Shown here piece by piece: positions 40,043 through 50,182 of a stretch of DNA of 64,000 nt. The position numbers were made by a program, and so were the translations under genes. Each line of letters opens with the position of its first letter. The first letter of the stretch is position 1. A model generated the notes under the pieces. It saw nothing but the letters and a program-made list of their open reading frames with translations. It was not told the DNA's origin and made no database searches. The stretch comes from Cytophagaceae bacterium (GTDB lineage: Bacteria > Bacteroidota > Bacteroidia > Cytophagales > Flexibacteraceae). The stretch is from contig JAIXQU010000104.1 in NCBI GenBank assembly GCA_027485575.1, positions 19,984-83,983 on the forward strand, in the 5' to 3' direction.

Positions 40043-42157
40043 TTATTTCGCCATAATGCTCATGGCTACACCTCCTCCCCTTGCCAGAAGTACAGGAATT
40101 TTTGTTTTAAATGTAATTTCCTTTTTTTCAATCTGATAGGCTTCCGGATTTAGATCCCAACTTGCGTCAGGAGCATCTTTATATATGGTTACCTCATATT
40201 TTTTATCCTTGTCCAGAAAGCTGAAATCCAAAGTTAGTGTTCTTGAATTTTCATCAGAAACTGCACCTAAAAACCAATTATTTTTTCCCTTTGCTTTTCT
40301 TGCTATGGCAATGTAATCACCAGGTTCTGCCAACAGAACTTTGGTATCATCCCAATCTACGGCTACATCTTTGATAAACTGAAAAGCATCTTGCCTGGCC
40401 AAATAGTTTTCCGGCAAATCGGTAGCCATTTGCACAGGGCTATAGAGGGTAACATAAAGTGCCAATTGCTTTACCAAAGTAGTATGCACCTGCTCCTTGG
40501 CTTTAGGATCATAGTAGCTTTTCTTTATTTTAAATATGCCTGGTGTGTAATCCATAGGGCCACCCATCAACCGGGTAAATGGCAAAATTGTCTCATGTTC
40601 AGGTGGATTTCCTTCGCTCCAAAAATTAAACTCCTGGCCTCTGGCAGCCTCAGCAGCCATAAAATTCGGGTAGGTTCTATGTAATCCTGTTGGCCTCACT
40701 GGTTCATGAGCAACCACCATAATTCTTTTATCAGCCGCTTTCCTGATAGCCCTTAAATAATGATTTACCATCCATTGTCCATCATGGTATTCACCTCTTG
40801 GGATTATCCTTCCCACATATCCTGATTTCAGTGCCGGACTTCCCCAACGGTTCATCGCCTTGTAGGCTGTATCCATCCACCTTTCATAGTTGGTTATACT
40901 TCCACTTGTTTCATGGTGCGTTATCATTGAAACGCCTTTACTTTTTGCATATTGGTTTATTCCAACTACATCATAGTCCGCATAAGGGGTTACAAAATCA
41001 AAAACATCTTCTTTCCAATTTCCAAACCAATCTTCCCAGCCGGTATTCCAACCTTCAACCAATACGCCTCCAAACCCATTGTTTGCTGCAAAATCAATAT
41101 AGCGTTTGGTGTTTTCTGTTGTAGCGCCATGTTTTGTTTTCTTTTTTGTTGTTCCATCGGCACCTGCATCAGAAGCTGCTTGAGTTCCGGCCATGTCCCA
41201 GGTGGATAGACCAAGATGCATTTCCAGCCATACCCCAACATATTTCATTGGCTTGATGTAACCCGGGTCTTTAATTTTTGAAGGATCGTTCAGATTTAAT
41301 ATGAGTTTTGAAGAAATTATTTCTCTGGCATCTTCGCTGATGACAATCGTTCTCCATGGAGTTTGAGTAGGTGTTTGCAAATAGGCTTTGTTTCCAACCG
41401 CATCATGAGCCAGTACAGAAGATGCTTCAAATGTTGTCGTGTCAAATTTTAAATCCATTGCTGGATAATTCACAAGTGCTGCTTCATGGATATTCATATA
41501 AATTCCATCCTGTGATTTTATCATGAGCGGAGTTTGAACAAATGCGCCTTTTATTGGGGTAGCTGTAAAAATAGCGCCATCTCTTTTTTTAGCTTTTTTT
41601 GTAATCTCAGAAATCTGAGAAGTGAAGTAGACATATTCATTCGTATCAAAATCCCCGGGCATCCACCAAATTTTATGGTCTCCGGTTAAATTGAAGCGAC
41701 TATTCTCATCGTCAACAATGAAGTGCTTAAGGTGTTCCTGTTCAGGAAATTCATACCGGAAACCAACTCCATCATTAAATACACGGAATACAATTTTAAC
41801 AATATTTGCTTTGAGCATGGTATCTTTCATTGTGATAGAAAGACTTCGGTAGTTGTTTTCTATTAATTTGGTTTCACCCCAAACCGGCTCCCATTTTTCA
41901 TTAAAACGGGACGAATCTACAGACACAACCTTATACATCTTACCGAAATTTGGCTTGTCTTTTATTTTAAATCCAAGCCCCGATTCTTCAATAATTGGCT
42001 TATTTTTAAAACTTACAGAATACGAAGGTTGTCCAGAGGCATTTAAACTAAACCGAATTTGAATTTTTCCGTTTGGTGATTGACACAAATAACTGCTGGC
42101 AAGGGCGTTATAGCCAAACATAACTAAAAATGCAAGGCCAATTATTTTAAATTTCAT
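40043..42157 (-). CDS. Glycoside hydrolase family 97 (alpha-glucosidase/alpha-galactosidase type)
   Basis: KRYIDFAANNGFGGVLVEGWNTGWEDWFGNW, ITHHETSG and VVAHEPVRPTGLHRTYPN are GH97 hallmarks. The start is set at MKFKIIGLAFLVMFGYNALA (signal peptide). Confidence 0.85.
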   Translation of the reverse strand: MKFKIIGLAFLVMFGYNALASSYLCQSPNGKIQIRFSLNASGQPSYSVSFKNKPIIEESGLGFKIKDKPNFGKMYKVVSVDSSRFNEKWEPVWGETKLIENNYRSLSITMKDTMLKANIVKIVFRVFNDGVGFRYEFPEQEHLKHFIVDDENSRFNLTGDHKIWWMPGDFDTNEYVYFTSQISEITKKAKKRDGAIFTATPIKGAFVQTPLMIKSQDGIYMNIHEAALVNYPAMDLKFDTTTFEASSVLAHDAVGNKAYLQTPTQTPWRTIVISEDAREIISSKLILNLNDPSKIKDPGYIKPMKYVGVWLEMHLGLSTWDMAGTQAASDAGADGTTKKKTKHGATTENTKRYIDFAANNGFGGVLVEGWNTGWEDWFGNWKEDVFDFVTPYADYDVVGINQYAKSKGVSMITHHETSGSITNYERWMDTAYKAMNRWGSPALKSGYVGRIIPRGEYHDGQWMVNHYLRAIRKAADKRIMVVAHEPVRPTGLHRTYPNFMAAEAARGQEFNFWSEGNPPEHETILPFTRLMGGPMDYTPGIFKIKKSYYDPKAKEQVHTTLVKQLALYVTLYSPVQMATDLPENYLARQDAFQFIKDVAVDWDDTKVLLAEPGDYIAIARKAKGKNNWFLGAVSDENSRTLTLDFSFLDKDKKYEVTIYKDAPDASWDLNPEAYQIEKKEITFKTKIPVLLARGGGVAMSIMAK

Positions 42158-42194
42158 TAACTTAAGATTTGTAAAAAATAAAGGTATAAGAGAA

Positions 42195-42202
42195 CAAAAG
42201 TA
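42195..42202 (-). promoter_or_regulatory. -7 promoter box TACTTTTG for the GH97 gene
   Basis: The plus strand reads caaaagta, 37 nt upstream of the ATG at 42157 and inside the longer ORF-track N-terminus. Confidence 0.4.
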
Positions 42203-42953
42203 GGAAGAAGTCATTTTCTATTTATGATTTTATTTATGCTTCTAAACATTAAGCAAATTGTAAGGTAATTGGCGGCAATGTAAATCTGGAAATCATCCAA
42301 TTTCTATGGCCTTTTCCTAAAGCAAAGTTTGGTTTCAAAAGAACCTATTTGGGGTATAAATAATCCTTTTCTACTGTTAAAATGGAATCACTCAACCACC
42401 ACAAAATTGAATGTGCTTTTCTGGCTTATTGAGTCCTGCATATTTATTTTTTTTAACCAAAACGAAATTCAAGAAACCGTTAAAAATTTTAAACGAAGCT
42501 GCCCCGTTTTTATTTTTTGAACAAGTTCTGGCCCAACCTTTCGACATGGAATTTCAAAAAAAGAGCAGGCCTGGCATCAGCATCAATTTTTTTATTATTG
42601 GCTGTCTGTTTAAAACTATTCATGCTCAGGGGCAAAATCAGATTCCGAAAAGCACTTTTGGCCAGTTGCTCTTGCCAGACCACAGAAATCTAGTAAAGGA
42701 AAACTCCTTGAGACCAATGTGTGCAAGATAAAAATGTCTTCCTCCAGATTCGTAATATTGAATCCAATGCTGCAAGAATTATCAAAACTGATAACCTATT
42801 AAGCAACAATCAAACTACAGGTTTGAAATAAAAATTACGACCCGATTTCCCCTTTGGCGAGTGTAGGAACACATGAACCATTCGGATAACCTTTGATGCT
42901 AAATTTCCTGCCAACAAAAATAGAAATTTAGAACCCAAGGTAGCGAAACTGTT

Positions 42954-42961
42954 TATATTTG
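42954..42961 (+). promoter_or_regulatory. -7 promoter box TATATTTG for dusB
   Basis: Exact TAnnTTTG 25 nt upstream of the ATG at 42987. Confidence 0.45.
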
Positions 42962-42986
42962 CATTTCAAAGCTTTATTCCTCAGAA

Positions 42987-43976
42987 ATGCCAAAAATTGG
43001 TTCGGTAGATTTACCAGAATTTCCACTCTTGCTCGCTCCGATGGAAGATGTCAGCGATCCTCCATTTCGGGCAGTTTGCAAGCAACATGGTGCAGACCTG
43101 ATGTATACCGAGTTTATTTCATCTGAAGGTTTGATAAGAGATGCCGCCAAAAGTGTGCAAAAGCTTGATATATTTGAATATGAGCGACCTATTGGTATTC
43201 AGCTATTTGGTTCAGACATTGAAAGTATGCGGAAGTCAGCTGAAATAGCAACTTCAGCAAGTCCTGATCTGATAGATATTAATTATGGCTGCCCTGTTAA
43301 ACAGGTTGCTTGCAAAGGGGCAGGTGCTGCATTACTTCAGGACATTCCAAAAATGGTTAAAATGACGGAAACCGTAGTCAATGCTACGCATCTACCGGTA
43401 ACCGTAAAAACCAGACTTGGTTGGGATGACAATACAAAAAACATCCAGGAGGTTGCAGAGAGACTTCAGGACATTGGAATTAAAGCACTTACCATTCATG
43501 GAAGAACCCGGGTTCAGATGTACAAAGGGGATGCAGATTGGACATTGATTGGAAAAATCAAAGAAAATTCAAGGATAAACATCCCAATTTTTGGAAATGG
43601 AGACATTGACTCTCCTGAAAAAGCATTGGAATATAAAAACAGGTATGGGGTGGATGGAATAATGATTGGCCGGGCTTCTATTGGATATCCATGGTTTTTT
43701 AATGAGGTCAAGCACTTTCTAAAAACCGGAACCCATTTACCGGGACCTAATATTCAGGAAAGGGTGGAAGTATGCAAACAACACCTTGAGTTTTCTTTGC
43801 GATGGAAAGGCCCTACTTTAGGTTTGATTGAGATGAGAAGGCACTATACAAATTATTTCAAGCATATTCCCGATTTTAAACCATTCAGAATGAAGTTGGT
43901 AACTTCTGATTCTTCTGATGAAGTATTAACCACCCTCGAAGAAATCAAGCATCAATTTGAATTGGTTGAGGCCTGA
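42987..43976 (+). CDS. dusB: tRNA-dihydrouridine synthase
   Basis: LLAPMEDVSDPPFR, DINYGCPVKQV (catalytic Cys) and LTIHGRTR motifs. Confidence 0.9.
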   Translation: MPKIGSVDLPEFPLLLAPMEDVSDPPFRAVCKQHGADLMYTEFISSEGLIRDAAKSVQKLDIFEYERPIGIQLFGSDIESMRKSAEIATSASPDLIDINYGCPVKQVACKGAGAALLQDIPKMVKMTETVVNATHLPVTVKTRLGWDDNTKNIQEVAERLQDIGIKALTIHGRTRVQMYKGDADWTLIGKIKENSRINIPIFGNGDIDSPEKALEYKNRYGVDGIMIGRASIGYPWFFNEVKHFLKTGTHLPGPNIQERVEVCKQHLEFSLRWKGPTLGLIEMRRHYTNYFKHIPDFKPFRMKLVTSDSSDEVLTTLEEIKHQFELVEA

Positions 43977-43979
43977 TAA

Positions 43980-44864
43980 ATGATTAAAGGCACAACCTCA
44001 GACAAGAACCTAAGCATTATTTTATTGGCAGCCACTTCCATAATCTGGGGGACTTCCTTTATTTTAATCAAAAAGGCCACTACAGTCTTTGCCCCACTTG
44101 AGGTTGGAGCACTTCGCATCTTTTATGCGTTTCTGGCTTTTATTCCCATTTTTTGGGTTCAAAGAAAAAAAATACCAGGAGCCCTTTGGTCCTGGATATT
44201 TTTGGCTGGTTTAATCGGAAGTCTTATTCCCAGTTTGCTTTTTTCCTGGGCAGGAACCAAAATCCAAAGCTCACTTTCGGGAATGCTCAATGCGATAACC
44301 CCTCTTTTTACGATTTTGATTGGGTCAATTTTCTATAAACAAACTTTTACATTCAACCAATGGACTGGAATTTTGATTGGGTTATTTGGGGCGATCATTT
44401 TAGGATTTATGAAACCAGGTGGCGCATTGGATCTCAACTGGTTTGTTTTACCGGTCATTTTTGCAACGCTGCTTTATGCCTTGAATGTAAATCTCCTTAA
44501 GATAAAATTCAGCGGGATTCAACCTTTAGTTTTGTCAGCATCCACTATAGTTTCGGTAGGTCCATTGGCAACTATTATCCTGTTTGGATTTACCGATTTC
44601 AGCTATAAAATAATGAATATGCCCGGAGCTTTCGAAGCAGCTGGTTATGTCGCAATTCTTGGTTTTTTTGGTACAGCCATTGCCCTTGTTTTGTTTAATA
44701 AACTGATTCAAATTTCGGGTCCATTAACTGCCAGCTCAGTAACTTATATTATGCCGGTGATATCTGTCTTGTGGGGTTTGGCAGATGGAGAATTGTTTGG
44801 GTTAGTCCAGGGAATCGGGCTTTTTTCTATCTTGCTTGGCGTTTATATTGTAAACAAGAAGTAA
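43980..44864 (+). CDS. EamA/DMT-family transporter
   Basis: Ten hydrophobic segments in two repeated halves, 294 aa. Confidence 0.75.
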   Translation: MIKGTTSDKNLSIILLAATSIIWGTSFILIKKATTVFAPLEVGALRIFYAFLAFIPIFWVQRKKIPGALWSWIFLAGLIGSLIPSLLFSWAGTKIQSSLSGMLNAITPLFTILIGSIFYKQTFTFNQWTGILIGLFGAIILGFMKPGGALDLNWFVLPVIFATLLYALNVNLLKIKFSGIQPLVLSASTIVSVGPLATIILFGFTDFSYKIMNMPGAFEAAGYVAILGFFGTAIALVLFNKLIQISGPLTASSVTYIMPVISVLWGLADGELFGLVQGIGLFSILLGVYIVNKK

Positions 44865-44977
44865 TTTAATTTCTTAAATTCTGAAAATCTGCTTATAAAT
44901 TTAACCCACTTAATTGCGTCGATATACACTAAAAATGATGTTGAACTGCCAAATTTTTTATTTTAAAATCTAAGAAG

Positions 44978-47089
44978 TTGGAATCCGTTACAAGTGCATT
45001 TCCCATTTGGCATATACCCTTGAAACATGCCAGATATTTAAATGAGAAACAAATTCAAATCCTTCAAAAGGATTTGGAAATTTTCACCATAGGAGACCTG
45101 TTCAAGCACTATCCATTTAGATACGAGGACAGAAGTATAATTACTGAAATCAATAAAATACATCTTGGCTCAAACTACCTACAGGTAAAAGGGGAATTCA
45201 TAAAATTCGAAACGCTTGGAGAAGGAAGAACCAAAAGACTGATAGGTCAATTCATTGATCAAACCGGAACAATTGATGTAGTTTGGTTTCAAAAAATAGA
45301 ATCCATCCAAAAAGTCATTAGAACAAAACAGACTTATTTGATTTATGGAAAGCTAACGCATTTCAATGGCAGAAGTAGTTTTACACATCCAGAAATTGAA
45401 AATTATTCTGCATCAGAGAAAAGATCTGGTCAGGAACCCATATACAATTCAACTGAAACCCTTAAACGTTTTGGACTGGATAGTAAGGGTTTGGGTAAAA
45501 TAATTGAATGGAACTTAAATGCCTTTTCAAATGAAATTATTGAACCCTTCTCAAATAATAAACTTATACAGTGGGACCTTTTATCTCTTCGCGATGCCTT
45601 AAAACAAATTCATAGACCGACAGATGATTTAAACCTGGAAAAGGCAAAAAAAAGATTAAAAGTTGAAGAGGTTTTTCCATTACAATTCTATCTTCAAAAG
45701 AAAAAAAAGGCCAACCATGAAGTCAGTGAAGGATTCTATTTCCCAAAGCTTCAATCTTTTACTGAATTTTATAATTCAACATTACCGTATCAACTAACCA
45801 ATGCCCAAAAAAGAGTCCTTAAAGAAATTCGTAAAGACGTAACATCGGGCAAACAGATGAACCGATTGTTACAAGGCGATGTGGGAAGTGGTAAAACAAT
45901 CGTTTCATTTTTATCAATGCTCATGGCAATTGACAATGGGTTTCAGGCTTGTTTAATGGCTCCAACCGAAATTCTATCAAATCAACATTTGCATTCCCTC
46001 ACGCCTTTTGCAAATGCAACCGGAACTTCAATCGCCCTTCTAACAGGAAGTACCAAAACTTCTGAAAGGAAAAGAATAGCAGAAGAACTCAAAAACGGAA
46101 CCCTAAAGATCCTTATAGGCACCCATGCATTGATAGAGGAAAAAGTCTCATTTCAAAAACTTGGACTTTCTATTATTGATGAACAACATAGGTTTGGGGT
46201 AGCGCAAAGAGCCAAGCTTCACTCCAAAAATGAAGGAGATCTACCTCCCCATGTATTGGTAATGACGGCCACACCAATTCCCAGAACTCTTGCAATGTCC
46301 ATTTATGGAGATCTGGATATTTCAGTGATCGATGAATTGCCGCCAGGACGAAAAGAAATCACAACAGTACACCGGACAGAATCTAAAAGACTGTCCGTAT
46401 TTGGATTTATAAGACAGCAAGTTCAGGAGGGAAGACAGATTTACATTGTGTACCCGTTGATTGAGGAATCTGAAACCATGGATTTAAACAATCTAATGGA
46501 AGGCTTTGAAAGTATTACCCGGGCATTCCCAGACCTGTATGTCAGTATGGTACATGGAAAAATGAAACCAAAAGACAAAGATTTTGAAATGGCCAGATTT
46601 GTAAAAGGTGAAACACAAATCATGGTGGCCACAACTGTAATCGAGGTAGGGGTAAATGTTCCAAATGCATCCATTATGATCATTGAAAATTCTGAAAGAT
46701 TTGGCCTAACCCAAATGCACCAATTAAGGGGAAGAGTAGGCAGAGGTGAATACCAAAGCTATTGTATTTTGATGACGGGATTGAAATTAAGTAAAGAGGG
46801 AAAAGAAAGAATTGAAACCATGGTGCTGACCTCAAATGGCTTTGAGATTGCTGAAAAAGACTTAAAAATGAGGGGCCCGGGAGACCTTTTGGGTACCAAA
46901 CAAAGCGGAATTTCAGATCTAAAGCTTACAAATCTATCAACGGATGGAGAATTATTAGAAAAAATAAAAGACTGGGTTTTAGAGTTAATTTATGAAGATC
47001 CGGATTTATTACTTCCTGATAATCAATCCCTAAAGCGCCATTTAGACCTGAAAAACAAAGACAAAATCCAGTGGTCCAAAGTTTCCTAA
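44978..47089 (+). CDS. recG: ATP-dependent DNA helicase RecG
   Basis: Wedge-domain N-terminus (HYPFRYEDRS), Walker A GDVGSGKT, DEQH box (IIDEQHRFGV) and QLRGRVGRG. The start is a TTG from the ORF track. Confidence 0.9.
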   Translation: MESVTSAFPIWHIPLKHARYLNEKQIQILQKDLEIFTIGDLFKHYPFRYEDRSIITEINKIHLGSNYLQVKGEFIKFETLGEGRTKRLIGQFIDQTGTIDVVWFQKIESIQKVIRTKQTYLIYGKLTHFNGRSSFTHPEIENYSASEKRSGQEPIYNSTETLKRFGLDSKGLGKIIEWNLNAFSNEIIEPFSNNKLIQWDLLSLRDALKQIHRPTDDLNLEKAKKRLKVEEVFPLQFYLQKKKKANHEVSEGFYFPKLQSFTEFYNSTLPYQLTNAQKRVLKEIRKDVTSGKQMNRLLQGDVGSGKTIVSFLSMLMAIDNGFQACLMAPTEILSNQHLHSLTPFANATGTSIALLTGSTKTSERKRIAEELKNGTLKILIGTHALIEEKVSFQKLGLSIIDEQHRFGVAQRAKLHSKNEGDLPPHVLVMTATPIPRTLAMSIYGDLDISVIDELPPGRKEITTVHRTESKRLSVFGFIRQQVQEGRQIYIVYPLIEESETMDLNNLMEGFESITRAFPDLYVSMVHGKMKPKDKDFEMARFVKGETQIMVATTVIEVGVNVPNASIMIIENSERFGLTQMHQLRGRVGRGEYQSYCILMTGLKLSKEGKERIETMVLTSNGFEIAEKDLKMRGPGDLLGTKQSGISDLKLTNLSTDGELLEKIKDWVLELIYEDPDLLLPDNQSLKRHLDLKNKDKIQWSKVS

Positions 47090-47214
47090 TTGTAAATTAA
47101 TTTTAGTTTTAGGATAAAAGACACCTTAAAAAGTTTTTTTTTGATGAACCCTTTCTATTTTTACCCTTCCAAAGTCTGAAAAATTTTATTGAAGACAGAT
47201 CGAAAAATCCTGGT

Positions 47215-49311
47215 ATGAAAATACAAAAATTCCTCTCTATTATAGGGATAGCATCATTATCTTTTTTCTATTCCTGCAAAGAAGAAAAAAAAGAACAAGT
47301 TTCAGAGCAACAAGCTCCACCGGTTATTACAAATAATGACATTGAGCAAGCCAGAATATTAACCTTATCAAACCCGCTGATAGACAGCACGTGGGAAATT
47401 GATAGCAGCAATGTTGGGTACGGACAAAGGCAGGATTTCAATGCCGATTCGGCTTTGGCTAAACATCAATTGCCAATTGAAGAAAATACCGATTGGTACA
47501 AATTTATCGGTTCAACTGACACATCTGTTTCAATAACAATAGAACCAAATGATCCTACCCAGGAATACGATTTGGTTTTATTTAAAAGTACCGGAGACAG
47601 TGTTAGCAGCGATTTAAGAAATGGTTTAATTCCTGCAATAAGGTCCAATTTTGCAAAAATTTCAAAACCGGAAGACACCATTACAGGATTTAATTGCGAC
47701 CCAAAACTTTATGATTTTGTGCCAGCAGATTCAACCCGGCAGTTTTCAAGGGCATTCTGGATGCAAAATGGGGAGACCTATTATCTCGTATTAAACACCC
47801 CCACCGGAAAAGGTGCCGGATATAAACTAAGAATTCATGCATGCGCCCCGGGCGAGGCTGGAAATACGAATTCATCCAACGTCATAAGAAAACCTAATGG
47901 ACCGGAAATAATGTCTTTTTATCCTTCAAGGGGATCTGAAGGTAAAGAAATAACCATTCAGGGAAATGGCTTTGAGAAGGCTACATCAGTAACTTTTGGT
48001 GGTGTAGATGCTGTTAAATTTTACGTTATATCAGACAGCAAAATAAAAGCCACTGTAGGTTCAGGAGCTTCCGGAAATGTTTCAGTAAGTACTCCTGTTG
48101 GACAATCTGAGAAAGAAGGTTTTACCTGGTCAGAAAGGTCCAAAAGAAAAAAGTCAAATTCTGGTTACAAGAAAAGAAGAAAGAAATCAGAATCTGACAA
48201 TGGAGACTATTATATAGTTAAACCTAAAGACACCATGTTTTCTATTGCATTTATCTTTGGTATGACTGTGGATGAAATACTAAAGTTAAATAAACTGAAT
48301 AACACAAACGTATTTGTAGGTCAAAAGTTAAAAGTAATTCGCCGGGAATTACCTCAGAAAAAAATAGATCAAAAGTTGTCTGTAGCTAAGCCTGTAAAAC
48401 CCTCAGAACCAATAAAAGGAAGCACGACAGACCCTAAAGTTATTGCAACTCAAAAGGAAGAAATCAAGCCAATTGAACTTACTAAACTAGACAATAAATT
48501 GGCTGGCTTTAACCAAACGCCAAATATGCCAAAGGAAAATCCAACCCTTACAAGCGATGTTGAAAACAAAAATTCATTGGCTCCTTATTCTAAATCTTTT
48601 TATATGTACTGCAATGTAACCTCAGGTGTTAATAAACAACCCGTTGCAGGAACTTTACAGGTAGTAGATTTAAAAAAGAAATCCCTCGTTTACAACGTTC
48701 AGGCAAATAGAACCCAAGGCGTTCCATTATTTAATGAGGGTGGAAAACAGAAGCTTATTATTTGCGACATTTTCGGCTACAAAAAGCAGGACTTTGACCT
48801 AAACCTTGACAACATTATAAATGACTCTACTGAACAACAAGTTCAAATTGTAGATGATACGATTGTTGTAAATTTTGAATTAAAGCGTCTTGAAAAAGGG
48901 GATGTTGCTGTTGCGTACAATATATTCTTCTATGATGATGCTTCCGTAATGTTACCAAAATCAACTTACGAACTTGACCAGCTTCTGGAGTTGATGCAGG
49001 AAAACAACAAAATAAAGATAAGAATCCATGGTCACACCAATACAAGTAAATTGGGTAAAATCCTTTATCTGGATAAAGGAGACAATACTTTTTTCCGGTT
49101 GACCAACAAAAACAAAGAGACATTTGGACCAGCTAAGCAACTTTCTAAAAAAAGAGCTGAAACCATTAAGTCCTATTTGCAATACAAAAGGATATCCGAA
49201 GACAGAATTCAAACTGAAGGACATGGTGGCAGCGATATGCTTTACCCAAACACGCATCCTTTGGCCTTTAAAAATAAAAGAGTAGAAATTGAAATTTTGG
49301 CGGATAAATAG
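47215..49311 (+). CDS. Lipoprotein with IPT/TIG, LysM and C-terminal OmpA-like domains
   Basis: Lipobox FFYSC. TIG-like segment PEIMSFYPSRGSEGKEITIQGNGFEKATSVTFGG...VSVSTPVG. Basic linker KRKKSNSGYKKRRKK. LysM segment YYIVKPKDTMFSIAFIFGMTVDEILKLNKLNNTNVFVGQKLKV. OmpA_C segment IRIHGHTNTS...KKRAETIKSYL...NKRVEIEI. Confidence 0.7.
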   Translation: MKIQKFLSIIGIASLSFFYSCKEEKKEQVSEQQAPPVITNNDIEQARILTLSNPLIDSTWEIDSSNVGYGQRQDFNADSALAKHQLPIEENTDWYKFIGSTDTSVSITIEPNDPTQEYDLVLFKSTGDSVSSDLRNGLIPAIRSNFAKISKPEDTITGFNCDPKLYDFVPADSTRQFSRAFWMQNGETYYLVLNTPTGKGAGYKLRIHACAPGEAGNTNSSNVIRKPNGPEIMSFYPSRGSEGKEITIQGNGFEKATSVTFGGVDAVKFYVISDSKIKATVGSGASGNVSVSTPVGQSEKEGFTWSERSKRKKSNSGYKKRRKKSESDNGDYYIVKPKDTMFSIAFIFGMTVDEILKLNKLNNTNVFVGQKLKVIRRELPQKKIDQKLSVAKPVKPSEPIKGSTTDPKVIATQKEEIKPIELTKLDNKLAGFNQTPNMPKENPTLTSDVENKNSLAPYSKSFYMYCNVTSGVNKQPVAGTLQVVDLKKKSLVYNVQANRTQGVPLFNEGGKQKLIICDIFGYKKQDFDLNLDNIINDSTEQQVQIVDDTIVVNFELKRLEKGDVAVAYNIFFYDDASVMLPKSTYELDQLLELMQENNKIKIRIHGHTNTSKLGKILYLDKGDNTFFRLTNKNKETFGPAKQLSKKRAETIKSYLQYKRISEDRIQTEGHGGSDMLYPNTHPLAFKNKRVEIEILADK

Positions 49312-49335
49312 CGTTATCTCAAAAATCAATCTCCA

Positions 49336-50175
49336 ATGGTAAATAATATTTCTTCTGATGAGATCAGAAATGAGCGAATTGGCTGGTTAGTTTCCATTGT
49401 TTTTCATGGATTATTGGTCCTTTTTTGTTTTTTTGCTCTGGCCTGGAAAAGACAAATACCAGCTCCACCCGAGTACGGTATCGAAGTAAATTTCGGAACA
49501 GACGACCAGGGATTCGGAGATGTTCAGGATTTTTCCTCTCCAGGTGACGAACCTGGTCCAAAGGAAACTCAAATTACGCCTGTAACTCCAGAAGAAACTG
49601 TTCAGCCGGAACAGCCATCAGAATCTGAGCCTGAAAAACTAATTACCGGAGAAGAAGAAACCGTTGAAATTGCCCCAAAACCAGTAAAAAAAGAACCTGT
49701 AGTTACGGAAAAACCGGAAAAGGTAGTTTCTACTCCTGCAACAAAACCAACGCCTTCCCCAACTTCATTGTTTCCAAATGAAAAATCCGGAAATGCAAGT
49801 AACAACAACGGCAATAAACCTGGAACTGTTGGAGACATGGGCAAGATTAATGGAAATCCAGATGCCAGAGGAATCTATGATGGAAATCCAGGAAAAGGAA
49901 AAGGTGGTTCGAGTCTTGATATGGCAGGTTGGAAGTGGGAAAGCAAACCCGTTGTCAATGATGAATCTGCGGAGGAAGGTAAAATTGTATTTCAGGTAAA
50001 AGTTGATGAGGATGGAAACATCATTTCGGTGAATATACTTGAGAAAAACGTTAGTCCTGCTTTGGTTAAAAAGTATCAGAAAGAAGTAGAAAGCCTATCT
50101 TTTTTAAGGACAAGCGGAAGCAACAATGGGGAGGGCGCCACTGGCAGAATCACTTTTATTCTAACCTCAAAATAA
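49336..50175 (+). CDS. TonB-like energy-transducer protein
   Basis: N-terminal membrane anchor (WLVSIVFHGLLVLFCFFAL), a Pro/Glu/Lys-rich spacer, and a C-terminal domain (GKIVFQVKVDEDGNIISVNILE...GRITFIL). It lies immediately upstream of folC, as is often seen in Bacteroidota. Confidence 0.6.
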   Translation: MVNNISSDEIRNERIGWLVSIVFHGLLVLFCFFALAWKRQIPAPPEYGIEVNFGTDDQGFGDVQDFSSPGDEPGPKETQITPVTPEETVQPEQPSESEPEKLITGEEETVEIAPKPVKKEPVVTEKPEKVVSTPATKPTPSPTSLFPNEKSGNASNNNGNKPGTVGDMGKINGNPDARGIYDGNPGKGKGGSSLDMAGWKWESKPVVNDESAEEGKIVFQVKVDEDGNIISVNILEKNVSPALVKKYQKEVESLSFLRTSGSNNGEGATGRITFILTSK

Positions 50176-50182
50176 GAATTCA

